DNA of 62,628 bases, the filler included. It is 14 parts of 14 records of this genome, joined end to end, with 100 filler letters (N's around TTAATTAATTAA, not from the genome) between each part and the next. Parts side by side here need not be neighbours in the genome. Positions count along the whole stretch, not along the records: positions 19,849 to 23,909 come from SRR7504441_14114; positions 24,010 to 27,059 come from SRR7504441_14121; positions 27,160 to 33,522 come from SRR7504441_14122; 11 more parts are not named here. One strand, given 5' to 3'. The notes beneath the pieces were generated by a model, which was not told the origin of the DNA, did not search any database, and saw only the letters and a program-made list of their open reading frames with translations. The position numbers and the translations under genes were made by a program. Shown in pieces: positions 21,669-32,462 of this stretch. Numbering within the stretch: the stretch's first letter is position 1; every line of letters begins with the position of its first letter.

Positions 21669-23909
21669 ATGCTGCGCTGTTGTTCGGTGCTGGCACTGTG
21701 CGTGCTGGCGGGCGCGGAGCTGCGGGTGGAGGTGTTCGGCAACAGCGTGATGCGCGGGCGGCCCCGCTGCACGCTCAGCCTGCCCAACGGCTGGCGCCTC
21801 CCGCTGGCCGAGCTCTGCCCGGGGCCGCCCACCCGAACCGTCTCGCTGAGGCTGACAGGCACCCTGAGCAGCGGCCAGCTCGGCTGGCGCAGGTTCGGGG
21901 CGCAGGTCGAGCCGTCCAGCTGGCTCCGGCTCTGGGTGGACGACCACCGGTTGATCGACCGCTGGCCGGGCGCACCGGGCCGCCAGCCGGTCAGCCCTGG
22001 GCTGCTTCCGAACGTCTCTCTGAGTCAGCCGGTCTCTCTCCGGGTGGACCTCCGGCCGATGGGCAACCTGTCGGGGTTTGAGCTCCTCTGGGCCTCCCAG
22101 CCCGCCGCCCAACTCCGTCCGGTCCCCGACAGCGCGCTCACATCGACAGTATCGCCGGCGGAGGCAGCGCGCAGGGCCCTGCAGGAGCGCGCCGCCACCG
22201 GCTGGAACCAATGGTACCGGCACTCGAACCTGGCCCAGGTGGTGCTGCCGCAGCAACTCGGCGTGGAGCTTTCCCTCCGGGCGGGCGCGGCCAGCTGGGC
22301 GGGTGGGCTGCTGGCGCCGCAGTTCCCGTCGGCGCGTGGGCCGCCCGTGCCGGTACGAATGGGACGTCATGCGCTCGACGGGAGCTTCTCGCGGCTGTCG
22401 ATGGTGCCGTTCCCTGTGGGGACGTCCAATGTGAGTGCGAGCTGCTCGTTGAATGTGACGGTGGAGACTGCTACGGAAGGGCAGGACAACTGGGTGGTTG
22501 TCAGGACCAACGCCACAACTGCCGCTCAGGCCGCAGCCGCCAACATGTCGGTGGTGGTCAGCCCACGAGCCTTCTGGGGCGCAGCCGGCGGGCTGAGGCT
22601 GGAGGGGTCGGTGCTGGTGCTTGATGCAGGCGAGCTCGGCCAAATCACTGCCAGCTTCTCGCATCCGATGCTGCCGGGCGCAAATCACTCCGAGCTGAGC
22701 TTCGGCGTGACCACCGAGCCGTTGGTGATTGCGCTCTCGTTTGCTACAGGGGGCCGGAATGCCAGCCTGCCGGAAGCAGAGGCCGCGCTGGCGAGGGGCG
22801 AGAGGGCGGTGACGGAGGAGCTGCAGGCGATGGAGCGGGTGGTGGGGCTGGGGCTGGCCGAGGGGGTGGAGGCTACGCATACAGCCATCTCCTGGAACGT
22901 CAACTTCGACCCGCGGGTGGCTGTAACGGTCCCGGTCTCCCGCACGTTCGAGCCGAGCTTTGATTTCATCTTTTTCGACTGGGTGCGTACCTGCTTGTAT
23001 TTATCATTTATTATCAAGCGGTTGATGCCGCTCTGGCGCAGGATATGTATCTTGTGAGTTTGATGGGGGCGACTGCCCCGCTCGCCGTGAGCGAGGCCGG
23101 CTTCGCGATTGCCATCTCAAACCTGATCGAAGTGACCCAAACCAGGCGAGCTCAGTGCGCTGAGCGTGCGACAACTCACTCCGGATCGACAGGTCAGCGT
23201 ACGGTCAAGTGATGAACAAACGCGCGGCGCTGGGCAGCGTCTCGTCAGACTCTAACGATCGGACTGAGCCGTTGGTAGGGGCGCGTGTGGTGTGGATGAT
23301 CTTGCAGGATAGCCTGGGCACTCAGCGGGAGCCGACCCTCCGATGGGTAGTCTGCAAGCTGTACCCGACGCTGCTTCGGTACGCGGTGCAGTCTGGGGCG
23401 GGCCTGAGCCGGCGGGCAGTTGGAACCAGTGGGCTTGGGAGCGGCGCCGGTACGGCCCGGCCGGCTTGCTGGTGCTGGGCTCAGACAACAACATGCCGTG
23501 TGAAGGCTCGACTGTTGGACTCAACAGCAGCCAGCGGACATGCTCCTCCCGGGCCAACGCCATACTCGAATCTGGAATGGATAACAGCCCCATGTACTAC
23601 AACGCTTTCGACGACCAGCCTGCCAGCTTCGACGCACGCGCCGGTCGGTTACAGCTGTACGATTGCCAGCAATCCGCTCTGTTCGTCTCAGAGTCTCTAG
23701 CGCTCCGGCGGCTGGGTGAGTACGCTGATCAGAGCCCCGAGGCGCTCCAGGAGCTGGAGCGACAGGCCAACACAATCTCCGCCGCAATCAACGCAGTCCT
23801 CTGGGACAACCAGACTGGAATCTACCGGCAAGCCGACGCATTGCCCGAGCGGCACGGCAGATTCTCGCAGGAGCTGTCCCCGACCAGTTTCTATCCGATG
23901 ATCGCGGGG
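21669..23909 (+). CDS. Secreted PA14-like + (alpha/alpha)6 glycosidase (GH63/MGH1/trehalase-like), 3' truncated, multi-exon
   Basis: Signal peptide MLRCCSVLALCVLAGA; PA14-like LRLWVDDHRLIDRW; FIFFDW-D, DRTEPLVG, LESGMDNSPMY, LWDNQTGIY, SPTSFYPM. Confidence 0.78.
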
Positions 23910-24009
23910 NNNNNNNNNNNNNNNNNNNNNNNNNNNNNNNNNNNNNNNNNNNNTTAATTAATTAANNNNNNNNNNNNNNNNNNNNNNNNNNNNNNNNNNN
24001 NNNNNNNNN

Positions 24010-24566
24010 GGGCCTTGTCCTGGCCGGAACAGCGCCCCCCACACTACCGAGTACCGCTCGGGCACCGCCCCGTTCGGCACCGGCCGGGTGAGCATGTCGT
24101 CGTCGTAGTACCGCGCGTCTGGGTCCAACCTCTCTACAAAGAAAGCCTCCAGCAACGGCTCGGGCGCACGGCCCTGCCCGGTGGCAGTGCAATACGTCTC
24201 CGGCTGGCCCTGGATGGTAGCCCCGTCCGCCAGCCCGGCGGAGGTCACGCTGTGCCAGTCCTCCAGCCGCTCTCCGGCCAATCGGAACTCCCACCGCTGG
24301 CCCAGGGTCGGGGCGCAGGACTGGAGCCCTCCGATCGGGGCCGCCTTGCCGATCTGGACACTCGAGCTGCTCCCGTCCTGCAGCTCGAGCCTCAGGCTGA
24401 TCAGCTCGTCGCCCTCGAGGTCGGACGGTAGGGACGGCGGCAGGGTGGGCGGAGCGCCGAACGCTTGGGTGGTGGCGTTGGTCTGCACTCGGGCGAGGCT
24501 CGAGGCCACGTGCACGCTGGACCGGTTCCCGCCATCGAGCTCCAACACCACGTCATCCCCAGACAT
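24010..24566 (-). CDS. Protein with a ubiquitin-like domain, 3' truncated
   Basis: ISLRLELQDGSSSSVQI...FRLAGERLEDWHSVTSAGLADGATI resembles a beta-grasp Ubl; ATG is divergent from RPF1. Confidence 0.6.
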
Positions 24567-24669
24567 GTCGTTTCGCAAAGCTGGAACGCCTCTGCGCGCT
24601 GGCAGATAATAACGGCAGAATCCGTTGTCCACGGCCCAGGACGGGCGGGCCCTTGCACTTGCAGCAGCG

Positions 24670-25773
24670 ATGAGTGACAGCGACGGGCCGGACGAGCTGC
24701 CGACTAAGCGGCGGAAGCTGGCCCAGGACCGGGAGGAGTCCAACTCGATCGGGTTCAAGCTGAAGACCGGGTACAGGGGCGGGGGCGAGGCCATATCCAA
24801 GATCAGGAACAAGTGCAAGCGGACCCAGATGTACCAGCAAGCCAAGCACGTGGCCAAGCGGGAGCAGAGCAAGGCGAGGCGGAAGCGGCAGAAGGAGCAC
24901 GCCATGCTGGGCGAGGACGCTCCGCCCAAGCAAGTGCCGCGCACGCTGGACAACACGCGCGAGCCCGACGACACGATGGTGGACGCCGACGACGAGGAGG
25001 TGCTGGCCGAGGAGCAAATGGACGAGTTCTCGGGCTATTTTAACAACAAGGTGCCGCCCAAGATCATGATCACCTCCAACTTCGCCAAGCGGCCCTCGGT
25101 GTTCTGCCACACGTTCATCAAGGACCTGATGGCTGTCTTCCCGCATTCAGCCTACTTCAAGAGAGGGACCCACGAGATGAAGAAGATCATCAAGCAGGCC
25201 ACAGACCGGCAGTTCACCGACATCATGGTGATTACCGAGAAGCAGAAGACCCCCAACGGACTTACGCTGATACATCTACCAGATGGCCCGACCGCCACCT
25301 TCAAGCTCAAAAGCATCGTGCACGCCAAAGATGTGTTTAACCACGCCAGGCCGACCGACCACGACCCCGAGCTGATTCTGAATAACTTCGGTACCCGGCT
25401 CGGGCACAGGATCGGCCGGTTCTTCGCCGCTCTGCTACCGCAGCGGCCTTTGTTTGAGGGACGAAGAGTGGTCACGTTCCACAACCAGCGCGATTTTATT
25501 TTCTTCCGGCATCATCGATACATATTCGAGAATATTGGCGGCGAAGGGCACTTGGCCGACGTGGTCACCACTGAGCCCGCCAAGGCCAAGGAGGGGAGCA
25601 GTAAGAAGGGCAAGACACCACCGAAGAGGCGCGCGCGGCTGCAGGAGATCGGGCCTCGGTTTTGTTTAAAGCTGAGGAGCTTGCAACTGGGGACGTTTGA
25701 TACTAAGTTTGGCGAGTACGAGTGGGTGCACAAGCTCAAAATGGACACCTCACGCCGGCGTTACTTCCTTTAG
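24670..25773 (+). CDS. RPF1: Ribosome production factor 1 (Brix domain)
   Basis: KQVPRTLDNTRE, DEFSGYF, PKIMITS, LPDGPTATFKL, PELILNNFGTRLGHRIGR, TFHNQRDFIFFRHHRY, LQEIGPRFCLKLRSLQLGTFD, MDTSRRRYFL. Confidence 0.96.
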   Translation: MSDSDGPDELPTKRRKLAQDREESNSIGFKLKTGYRGGGEAISKIRNKCKRTQMYQQAKHVAKREQSKARRKRQKEHAMLGEDAPPKQVPRTLDNTREPDDTMVDADDEEVLAEEQMDEFSGYFNNKVPPKIMITSNFAKRPSVFCHTFIKDLMAVFPHSAYFKRGTHEMKKIIKQATDRQFTDIMVITEKQKTPNGLTLIHLPDGPTATFKLKSIVHAKDVFNHARPTDHDPELILNNFGTRLGHRIGRFFAALLPQRPLFEGRRVVTFHNQRDFIFFRHHRYIFENIGGEGHLADVVTTEPAKAKEGSSKKGKTPPKRRARLQEIGPRFCLKLRSLQLGTFDTKFGEYEWVHKLKMDTSRRRYFL

Positions 25774-25959
25774 CTTGCAAGATTTTACAATAATTGTACT
25801 CGTACAATCTCTTGCAATAACAAAAATACATGCTAAATTAATACATGCGCGATATGCTAAATACCTGCTCGATTATGCTTGATCAATCAATGAAAAAGTC
25901 GATATGCTCATGAATTTAAATCCTATGGTTTACTGCTTTGATACTGCTTCAAATTAGCT

Positions 25960-27059
25960 TCAAATGAACAAACTTGAAAGCTGCTTGACTATACGTAGTG
26001 TGCCTAATGTATCGAATGTATGCAACGAGCTCAAGGATAGCGAGGGCTCACTGGGCCGCCGCTCGTTGCATTCGCCCTCGGGACTCCAGAGTGCAGCGGA
26101 GTGACTGAGGTCCAGTCCACATTTGGATGCGGTGGCGGGCCTGTCCAGTACGGGATTGGCGCCGGGATCTGATACACCGGCAGCGGCTGTGGCTGCGGTG
26201 GGTGAGGCGGGTACAGCCAGGCCGCATCGAGAGAGAGCAACAACAGCTGGTTGTTCTTTTGGATCAGCGTGAATCCCACCGGCTGGCCGTGCGAACTGCT
26301 CGCATGCGTCAGACTCACCACGCCCGAGTGCTGCCCCCGCCGGACTAAGCCAGCCGCCGCCTGGAGCGGTCCGTGACAAGACCTGCCCTCCCGTCGGCAA
26401 GACCGGGCCAGGCGCTCACTCGTGCAACAAAGAGACGAGCGACTCTCCCGCGAGCAGCGGCCCGAGCCTCTGACTGGCGGTGCTGTTGAAGTCCACGAGC
26501 TCAAGCTTCTGGTCGTCCCTCACCACCATCACTGCGATGTCCAGGCTGGAGCACGGCGACTCACCCGCCTGCAGCCGGGCCACCTACCCCCGACTCAGCC
26601 TGCGCCACCGGCCAGACACCTCGCTCAGCGCCCGCTGGAGCTCTGCCTCCAGGCTGCGCACCTGCTGCATCATGCTGTTCTCCTGCGCCTGCAGCCGCCT
26701 CTCCAGTTCCTCTAGTTGGGCATCCCCGCTCCTCATTCCTGCCAGCCGCATCTCGAGCTCGCTGCTCCGGACTCTCTCAGCTTCAAGCTCCGCCTGCAGC
26801 CGGCGCAGCTGGTCCTGCCCGACCGAGTGCGCCTCCAGCTCGGCAAGCTGCTGGGTGAGCTGCCGGTTCCGTTGTTCCTCGAGCCTGAGCTGCTGTTCAA
26901 GCGCTAGTAGCTTCTGCTGGTCGACTTCCGTGCCTCGCAGCCTCGCCTCGAGCGCAGCCAGCTGCTGCACCAGCTGCCCGTTCCGCTCCTCCTGGGCCGC
27001 CAGTCGCATCTGGGCCGCCACCAGCGCATCCTCGGAGGCCGATGTGAGCAATGGCATCA
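25960..27059 (-). CDS. Hypothetical coiled-coil protein (5' truncated, multi-exon)
   Basis: Q/E/L-rich heptad ORF 26584-27057 continued by downstream minus-strand ORFs; 3' end uncertain. Confidence 0.5.
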
Positions 27060-27305
27060 NNNNNNNNNNNNNNNNNNNNNNNNNNNNNNNNNNNNNNNNN
27101 NNNTTAATTAATTAANNNNNNNNNNNNNNNNNNNNNNNNNNNNNNNNNNNNNNNNNNNNGAACGACAACGCTGTACTACGTCATTTTTAGGCTTTACATG
27201 TATGTACTATCATAATGGCGTACGCTGTCCATTTCAATCGTACACTTACACTTAATTGTTCATTGCAATCGTACCGTGACTGAAGCTAACTGCTTGTTCC
27301 ATGTA

Positions 27306-27347
27306 AGGAGCAGGAGCAGAAGCAGGAGCAGGAGCAGGAGCAGGAGC
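27306..27347 (+). repeat. (AGGAGC)n hexanucleotide microsatellite just downstream of the Mpv17 gene
   Basis: About 7 copies with one variant, read directly. Confidence 0.85.
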
Positions 27348-27377
27348 ATTGGAGTTTGGCTGGAACCCTTAGCTGGA

Positions 27378-28040
27378 TTAACTTTCTAAACGTGTACTGG
27401 TGTCCGAGGCCTTATTCGTATCAATTGGTTGAATCGGCTCAGAGCCGCGCAGGCCGAGCCTCCTCTTAAAGCGTTCTACGATCTTGCCGGTATCGTTATG
27501 GGCCAGAAAGTCCATCAGAGTGTTCCAGACCAGATTCCAGCAGTTGACGAACACCACACGGTGTGCTGGAGGGACCACTGTGAAATTGAACAGCTGGACC
27601 GGAACCCAAAGCGCCAGGCAGGAGCTGGCCACCGACGGCCAGTCCTGCTTGAGGTGGGCCACTGACTGCTCCAGCCGCTCGCCCTGCCAGTAGCCGGTGT
27701 ACAGGTAGAACGCAGGGATGTACAGCAGCGGTGAGTGCACCCCGTTGTCGATTGCCGTACACACTAGGCCGCTTCCGAGCACCGTCCGGGAGAGACGCGG
27801 GGCTAGCCACTTGGCCCACACCGGGTACATGGGGTACACAAAGTGGCAGACCACGCCGGTGTACCCGCAGCCGAAGCTGGAGACGGCAATCGTTCTGTTC
27901 CAGTCCATGCTCTCGCGCTTCTCGATCACGCGCTGGCAGATGATGTCCCCCCCGCCGCCCAGCCCGGCGCCGGCCAGCATATCCACCCCCAGCTGCCGCC
28001 GCCCCAGCAGCCGCCCCAGCAGCCCGGCCAGCCCGCTCAT
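27378..28040 (-). CDS. Mpv17/PMP22 family membrane protein
   Basis: GGDIICQRVIE, DWNRTIAVSSFG, LWVPVQLFNFTVVPPAHRVVFVN. Confidence 0.92.
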   Translation of the reverse strand: MSGLAGLLGRLLGRRQLGVDMLAGAGLGGGGDIICQRVIEKRESMDWNRTIAVSSFGCGYTGVVCHFVYPMYPVWAKWLAPRLSRTVLGSGLVCTAIDNGVHSPLLYIPAFYLYTGYWQGERLEQSVAHLKQDWPSVASSCLALWVPVQLFNFTVVPPAHRVVFVNCWNLVWNTLMDFLAHNDTGKIVERFKRRLGLRGSEPIQPIDTNKASDTSTRLES

Positions 28041-28152
28041 CCGCGGCCTCCTCCGGCGGTGTGTTGCACTGATGACTCGTCCTGACCTGGTCAACGGCTT
28101 TTCGAGGCTTTTTCGAGGCACTTGGCAGCTTTTCGAAGCTGCCGGAGGCGGG

Positions 28153-29244
28153 ATGCGAATCGAGTACGCCACGGACGAGCCCGAGCGGCCGGACTGGCAG
28201 ACCAGCTCGCTGGAGGAGATGCGCCGGCTTGTCTGGGCCGGGCGCGACCCGACCGCCGAGCGCAACTATTGGATGCGGGCGGCTATCGAGCGGAACGACC
28301 TGCAGGCCGTCAAGTTTCTGGTCTCCGCCGGGGTCCCGCCCAACGCCCAGCTGGAGGGCGGCCTGAGCGCGCTGGCGGCCGCGGCCGGACAGGAGGGCGG
28401 CGACATCAGCCTGCCGCTCTGGCTGTACGACAAAGGCGCCGAGCCGGGGCGGCCCGACGATGAGGGCGGTGCGGTCCGGAGGGCCGAGCGAGCCGGTCGG
28501 GCCCGGCTGGCGCGGCTGCTGCGCGGCCAGCCGTGGAGCCGGTTCCTGCGCCGAGTCACTCTCGGGCGGAGCTGGTTTTGGATGGGGTTGTGCTGGGGAT
28601 TGGCCGGGCTGATGCTGAGTGCGCACCGTAACCTGGGACCAGGAGGCTGGTCCCGGAGCTGGCTTTGGCTGCTCACGCTGGTTGGGTACGCCGTGTTCGC
28701 CAAGCTGTGTGCCACTAGCCCCGGAGTGGTGGCGGCCTCGGCGCACCCAATCCAGCCGGGTCTCGGTCCCAACTGCCCTCATTGCCAGCTCAGGCGGCCG
28801 CTCAGGAGCCGGCATTGCTTCCAGTGCGGGGTGTGCGTGCCCAGATTCGACCACCACTGCAGCTGGATCAATGGGTGCGTCGGCGCCGGGAATCACGCCG
28901 TCTTTTTTGTTTGGCTCTCTCTGGAGATGTTGCTACTGGCACAGATAGCGCTTACCAACCTGTGGCTGGGCTGCTGGGTCACCGGGCTATTAGCGGTTGC
29001 GGTGCTGTGCTACCTGAACAAGTTCCACTCGTGGCAGTGCAGGGCGATTGGCTCGGGCCTCACTCTTAACGAGCTAGTCAATAGGCGAGCTGTCGGGTAT
29101 GAGCACGTGATCTCGCTTGAAACCGAACTGCGCCAGCTGCAGCCCAGTCCGATCCGGCGGGCCTACGCGTTCCTGGCCGGGGAGCAGCGGGAGGGGGCGG
29201 ACGGGGATTCGGAGCGGGCGGGGCTGATTGAAAACTCGTTATGA
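28153..29244 (+). CDS. Ankyrin-repeat DHHC palmitoyltransferase (AKR1/ZDHHC17-like)
   Basis: Ankyrin-like AAIERNDLQAVKFLVSAG; CPHCQLRRPLRSRHCFQCGVCVPRFDHHCSWINGCVGAGNH; TM segments. Confidence 0.92.
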   Translation: MRIEYATDEPERPDWQTSSLEEMRRLVWAGRDPTAERNYWMRAAIERNDLQAVKFLVSAGVPPNAQLEGGLSALAAAAGQEGGDISLPLWLYDKGAEPGRPDDEGGAVRRAERAGRARLARLLRGQPWSRFLRRVTLGRSWFWMGLCWGLAGLMLSAHRNLGPGGWSRSWLWLLTLVGYAVFAKLCATSPGVVAASAHPIQPGLGPNCPHCQLRRPLRSRHCFQCGVCVPRFDHHCSWINGCVGAGNHAVFFVWLSLEMLLLAQIALTNLWLGCWVTGLLAVAVLCYLNKFHSWQCRAIGSGLTLNELVNRRAVGYEHVISLETELRQLQPSPIRRAYAFLAGEQREGADGDSERAGLIENSL

Positions 29245-29464
29245 CACCGGTACATGGACTGATATTTTGCGTGATTAAAATACTTCTATTAAAACGAGGA
29301 CTAGGCGCAATTACGCTCGTTCTGTGTGTTTAATAATAATGAAAACAATCCGTGCTAGCTTGGGAGCTTGGGCGGTTATTAACTTTAAGCGCTATTGATT
29401 GTAGCGACCTTCACGCAAGCCCGGTGGCAGACCTCGGAATGTCTTGGAATCCGAGTCGGGCAAC

Positions 29465-29995
29465 CTACATCATGGTGCAGCAGTTCTTCTCCTCCGGCTC
29501 CATCTCGACGGCAGGCGACACGGTCTTGGCCGGCTGGCTAGTCTGGCGGGCGCCCTGTGCCGACACCATCGGCATCGCCTTGGCTGCCGCGGCATTCTCT
29601 GCAGTCTTGGCTGCCTCCGCCTCCTGGGCCGCCTTGGCCGCCTCGGCTGCCTTGGCTGCAGCGGCCTTCTCCTCGGCAGCTGATGCGGCCGCCTTTGCCG
29701 CGGCCGCCTTCTTTTCAGCCTCCTTGGCCGCCGCGTCGGGCGGGGCCTCTTGCGCTGTCTCGAACCTTTGCAGCCCCTTGTTGTCCGACGCCCCCGCGGC
29801 CTTTGGCTCCGGGGCCCCGGCTTTGTTTACAAACCCTTGGTCGGCCTGGGCGAAGTGAGCCGCGGCCGGCCCCCCCGCGGCCTGCGTGGTGGCGTTGGCC
29901 GCCGGCTCGGCGGCCGGCTCGGCGGCTGGGGCCGCCGGCTCATCGAACGATGGTCGTTTGGCCGCTGCGTTCTTCTTGCTCTTCTTCTTCCCCAT
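29465..29995 (-). CDS. Ala/Lys/Glu-rich low-complexity protein with polybasic N-terminus and C-terminal CaaX box
   Basis: MGKKKSKKNAA...KNCCTMM-stop. Confidence 0.7.
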   Translation of the reverse strand: MGKKKSKKNAAAKRPSFDEPAAPAAEPAAEPAANATTQAAGGPAAAHFAQADQGFVNKAGAPEPKAAGASDNKGLQRFETAQEAPPDAAAKEAEKKAAAAKAAASAAEEKAAAAKAAEAAKAAQEAEAAKTAENAAAAKAMPMVSAQGARQTSQPAKTVSPAVEMEPEEKNCCTMM

Positions 29996-30083
29996 AGCAA
30001 CACCCTCTGGTCGTGCACTTGCTGGTTCGGGGAAGCTCTCCGCGTGCCGCGCGAGCCACGTTAACGATCTGTAACGGAACGGC

Positions 30084-30747
30084 ATGCCCAAGGAGCCCAA
30101 GCGCCGGAAGAGCGCCCAGCGGCTGGCAGCCGCGGCGGCCCGGTCGGTCGGGCTGGCCGGGAGCGCCCCGGAGCCGGAGGAGGCCAAGGCTGGGCTCAGC
30201 CGCGGCCAACGGAAGCGTCAGGAGAAGCGGCAGCGCGTGCTGCAGAGTGCGGGCTGAGCGGGGGCTCGGGCGAGCGGCCGGGCAGAGCTGACGCTTACCA
30301 AACCGACCGAGCAGCCGGACACGCTCAACTACATGGGCGCACTGGCCTGTAGCCGGCCCGGCGGCCGAGGGTGACCGGTTGGCAGCCTCGATTGATGATG
30401 TGGCGGCCGCTCGGCGAGTGGCACCCAAACCGGCGGTGATGACCAAGCGCAAGAAGAACAGCATACTGTGCGGGGCTCGATCAGCGGCCAGCCGGAGCGA
30501 GGGGGGGCAGGCTGCAGGAGGCTGCCCAGTTCCAGAACGTCTTGGCGCATCCTTGTGGGTCGGGCCACGGCCGGTGGCTGACTGGGTCGGGCAGCTTTCC
30601 AGGCCGACCCACTAGCGACGCTGAAGACGCACCTGCAGGTGGCCGTGCCAAGCCTGCCGGTGCGAACGGGCGCAGGCCGTGGCAAAGGTCCGCCAAAAGA
30701 AGGAAACGACCTCGACAAAAAAGAAAAAGCAAGTATCAAAGACGTAA
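30084..30747 (+). CDS. SLX9: Ribosome biogenesis protein SLX9/FAM207A homolog (about 5 tiny introns; missing from the ORF track)
   Basis: Spliced translation LSRGQRKRQEKRQRVLQ-KL...KRKKNSIL-LQEAAQFQNVLAHP-SFQADPLATLKTHLQ matches the SLX9 domain; the last intron and stop are inferred. Confidence 0.72.
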
Positions 30748-30800
30748 CATTAGCGCGCCGCAATACAACTACGTACTACAAGAGTTACCTTTAGCATAAC

Positions 30801-32057
30801 TCAAAGGCTCGACTTTTTATACCGAACCGACGGAAGCATCGCGATTCGACGTACGCCCTCAACCAGCTCGGCTTCCGCGTAATGCGCAAAGCTCAACCGA
30901 ATTGCTCTATTCTGTTGGCCACCCCCTCGATACCCGTCAGGCAAAGGAATCGCGGCCACCGCCGCATTCATCCAGGAGACCCCCTCGCCTTGCGGCAGCG
31001 CCTGGGCCTCGGCCTGCATGGCCGCCAGATCCAGCCAGTCCGGCAGCCGCACCCACACAAAGTACCCGCCCGCTGGCTCTGTGAACTCCCAGCCCGCGAG
31101 CTCGGCCCTCAGCGCAGAGCACAACACCGCGCACCGGCGCTGCAGCTCGCCCCTCACGCGGTCCAGATTCGCCCCAAACAGCCCGAGTTCCATCGCAGTC
31201 CTGACGATCTCGCCTGTGATCGGGTTTAGGCCGCCACCGCTGTCGACCCAGCCTTTGGTCACGATCTCGAGCAGTAGCTCAGGGCAAGACGCCTCGAGCC
31301 ACCCCAACCGCAGCCCCGGCCCCGCGATCTTACTGAACGAGCCTATGCTCATAACTCTGGCCGGACTGCCCGCCCCCCGTGCGATCTCAACTAGCGGCGG
31401 AGGTGGCTCAGCGGCCCAATGCAGAGCGTCGTACACGTCGTCACATAGGAGGAGCAGCCCCGTCCTTTGGGCCAGCTCGACCAGTGCGAGCCGCCTCTCG
31501 ACCGGCAACACGGTGCCGGTCGGGTTCTGGAAGCTCGGAATGCAGTACAGCCCGGTGGCCCCAGTCTGGCTGATGATCTCGTCCAAAGCCTCCACAATAA
31601 TACCGTGCTGATCGCAGGGCACGCCGACCAGGTTGAGCCCGTTATCCTCGAGCGTCTTGCGGGCCAGGAAATAAGTATGCTGCTCGCACAGAATCGTCTC
31701 CCCCGGGCGGCACAGGGCCGCGGCGCACATGTTCAGTCCGAGGGACGAGCCGTTGGTGATCATCAGCGCCTCGGGGTCTACGGTCCGCCCGCCCGCCGCG
31801 CCGCCGAGAAAGCCGGCCAGCGCCCGCCGGAACCCTGGCGAGCCTCGGGCGTCCGCGTATTGCAGGCCGTCGCGCGGGTCCGGGCCGGCCGGCTGCGTGT
31901 AGTCTTGGAAGAGTCGGGCGGAGGCCGCAGCCATCATCTCCACTGGTAGCAAATCGTCGCTCGGCTGACCGACCCCAAAGGCCACGTTCCCCGGGACCAC
32001 GTGCGGCCGCTGCCAGGAGGGCAGGCAGGCCCCGGCGAGCTGCGAGGCCCGGCGCAT
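30801..32057 (-). CDS. PLP-dependent class I/II aminotransferase (2-aminoadipate/aromatic aminotransferase-like)
   Basis: LMITNGSS, YCIPSFQNPTG, DDVY, GSFSKIAGPGLRLGW, PAGGYFVWV, IRLSFA. Confidence 0.93.
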   Translation of the reverse strand: MRRASQLAGACLPSWQRPHVVPGNVAFGVGQPSDDLLPVEMMAAASARLFQDYTQPAGPDPRDGLQYADARGSPGFRRALAGFLGGAAGGRTVDPEALMITNGSSLGLNMCAAALCRPGETILCEQHTYFLARKTLEDNGLNLVGVPCDQHGIIVEALDEIISQTGATGLYCIPSFQNPTGTVLPVERRLALVELAQRTGLLLLCDDVYDALHWAAEPPPPLVEIARGAGSPARVMSIGSFSKIAGPGLRLGWLEASCPELLLEIVTKGWVDSGGGLNPITGEIVRTAMELGLFGANLDRVRGELQRRCAVLCSALRAELAGWEFTEPAGGYFVWVRLPDWLDLAAMQAEAQALPQGEGVSWMNAAVAAIPLPDGYRGGGQQNRAIRLSFAHYAEAELVEGVRRIAMLPSVRYKKSSL

Positions 32058-32462
32058 TCTTGCCGTTCGCTTCTCGGTATGCCGGCTACAGATCAGCCGT
32101 TGATCGTTGTCGGTAAAACAACAGACCGTCAGTCAGTTCCCGTCAGTCAGTTCGATCATGATCGATCAATTTTGCAGAACGGCTGTGTGTTTACGTACGT
32201 TACGTACTTGACGCTCGTGATCGTCACCGTACCTACTACTCGTACTACAAAAAAAAACATTCATTACGTCATTAGATTACTTCAATCATTATATACGGTA
32301 CGAGCCTGAGTACGAGTACGAGCCGGATGCTTGAAATTGTCGCCTTACAAATTGTTGAATAGGTCTAGCTTTCGATTTCGTCAAGCTGGTTGCACCCAGT
32401 GTTTGCCGGAGCCACGGCTGGTCGCCCCCATTTGCTAACTTACATCTTTGCATCTGCTATTA

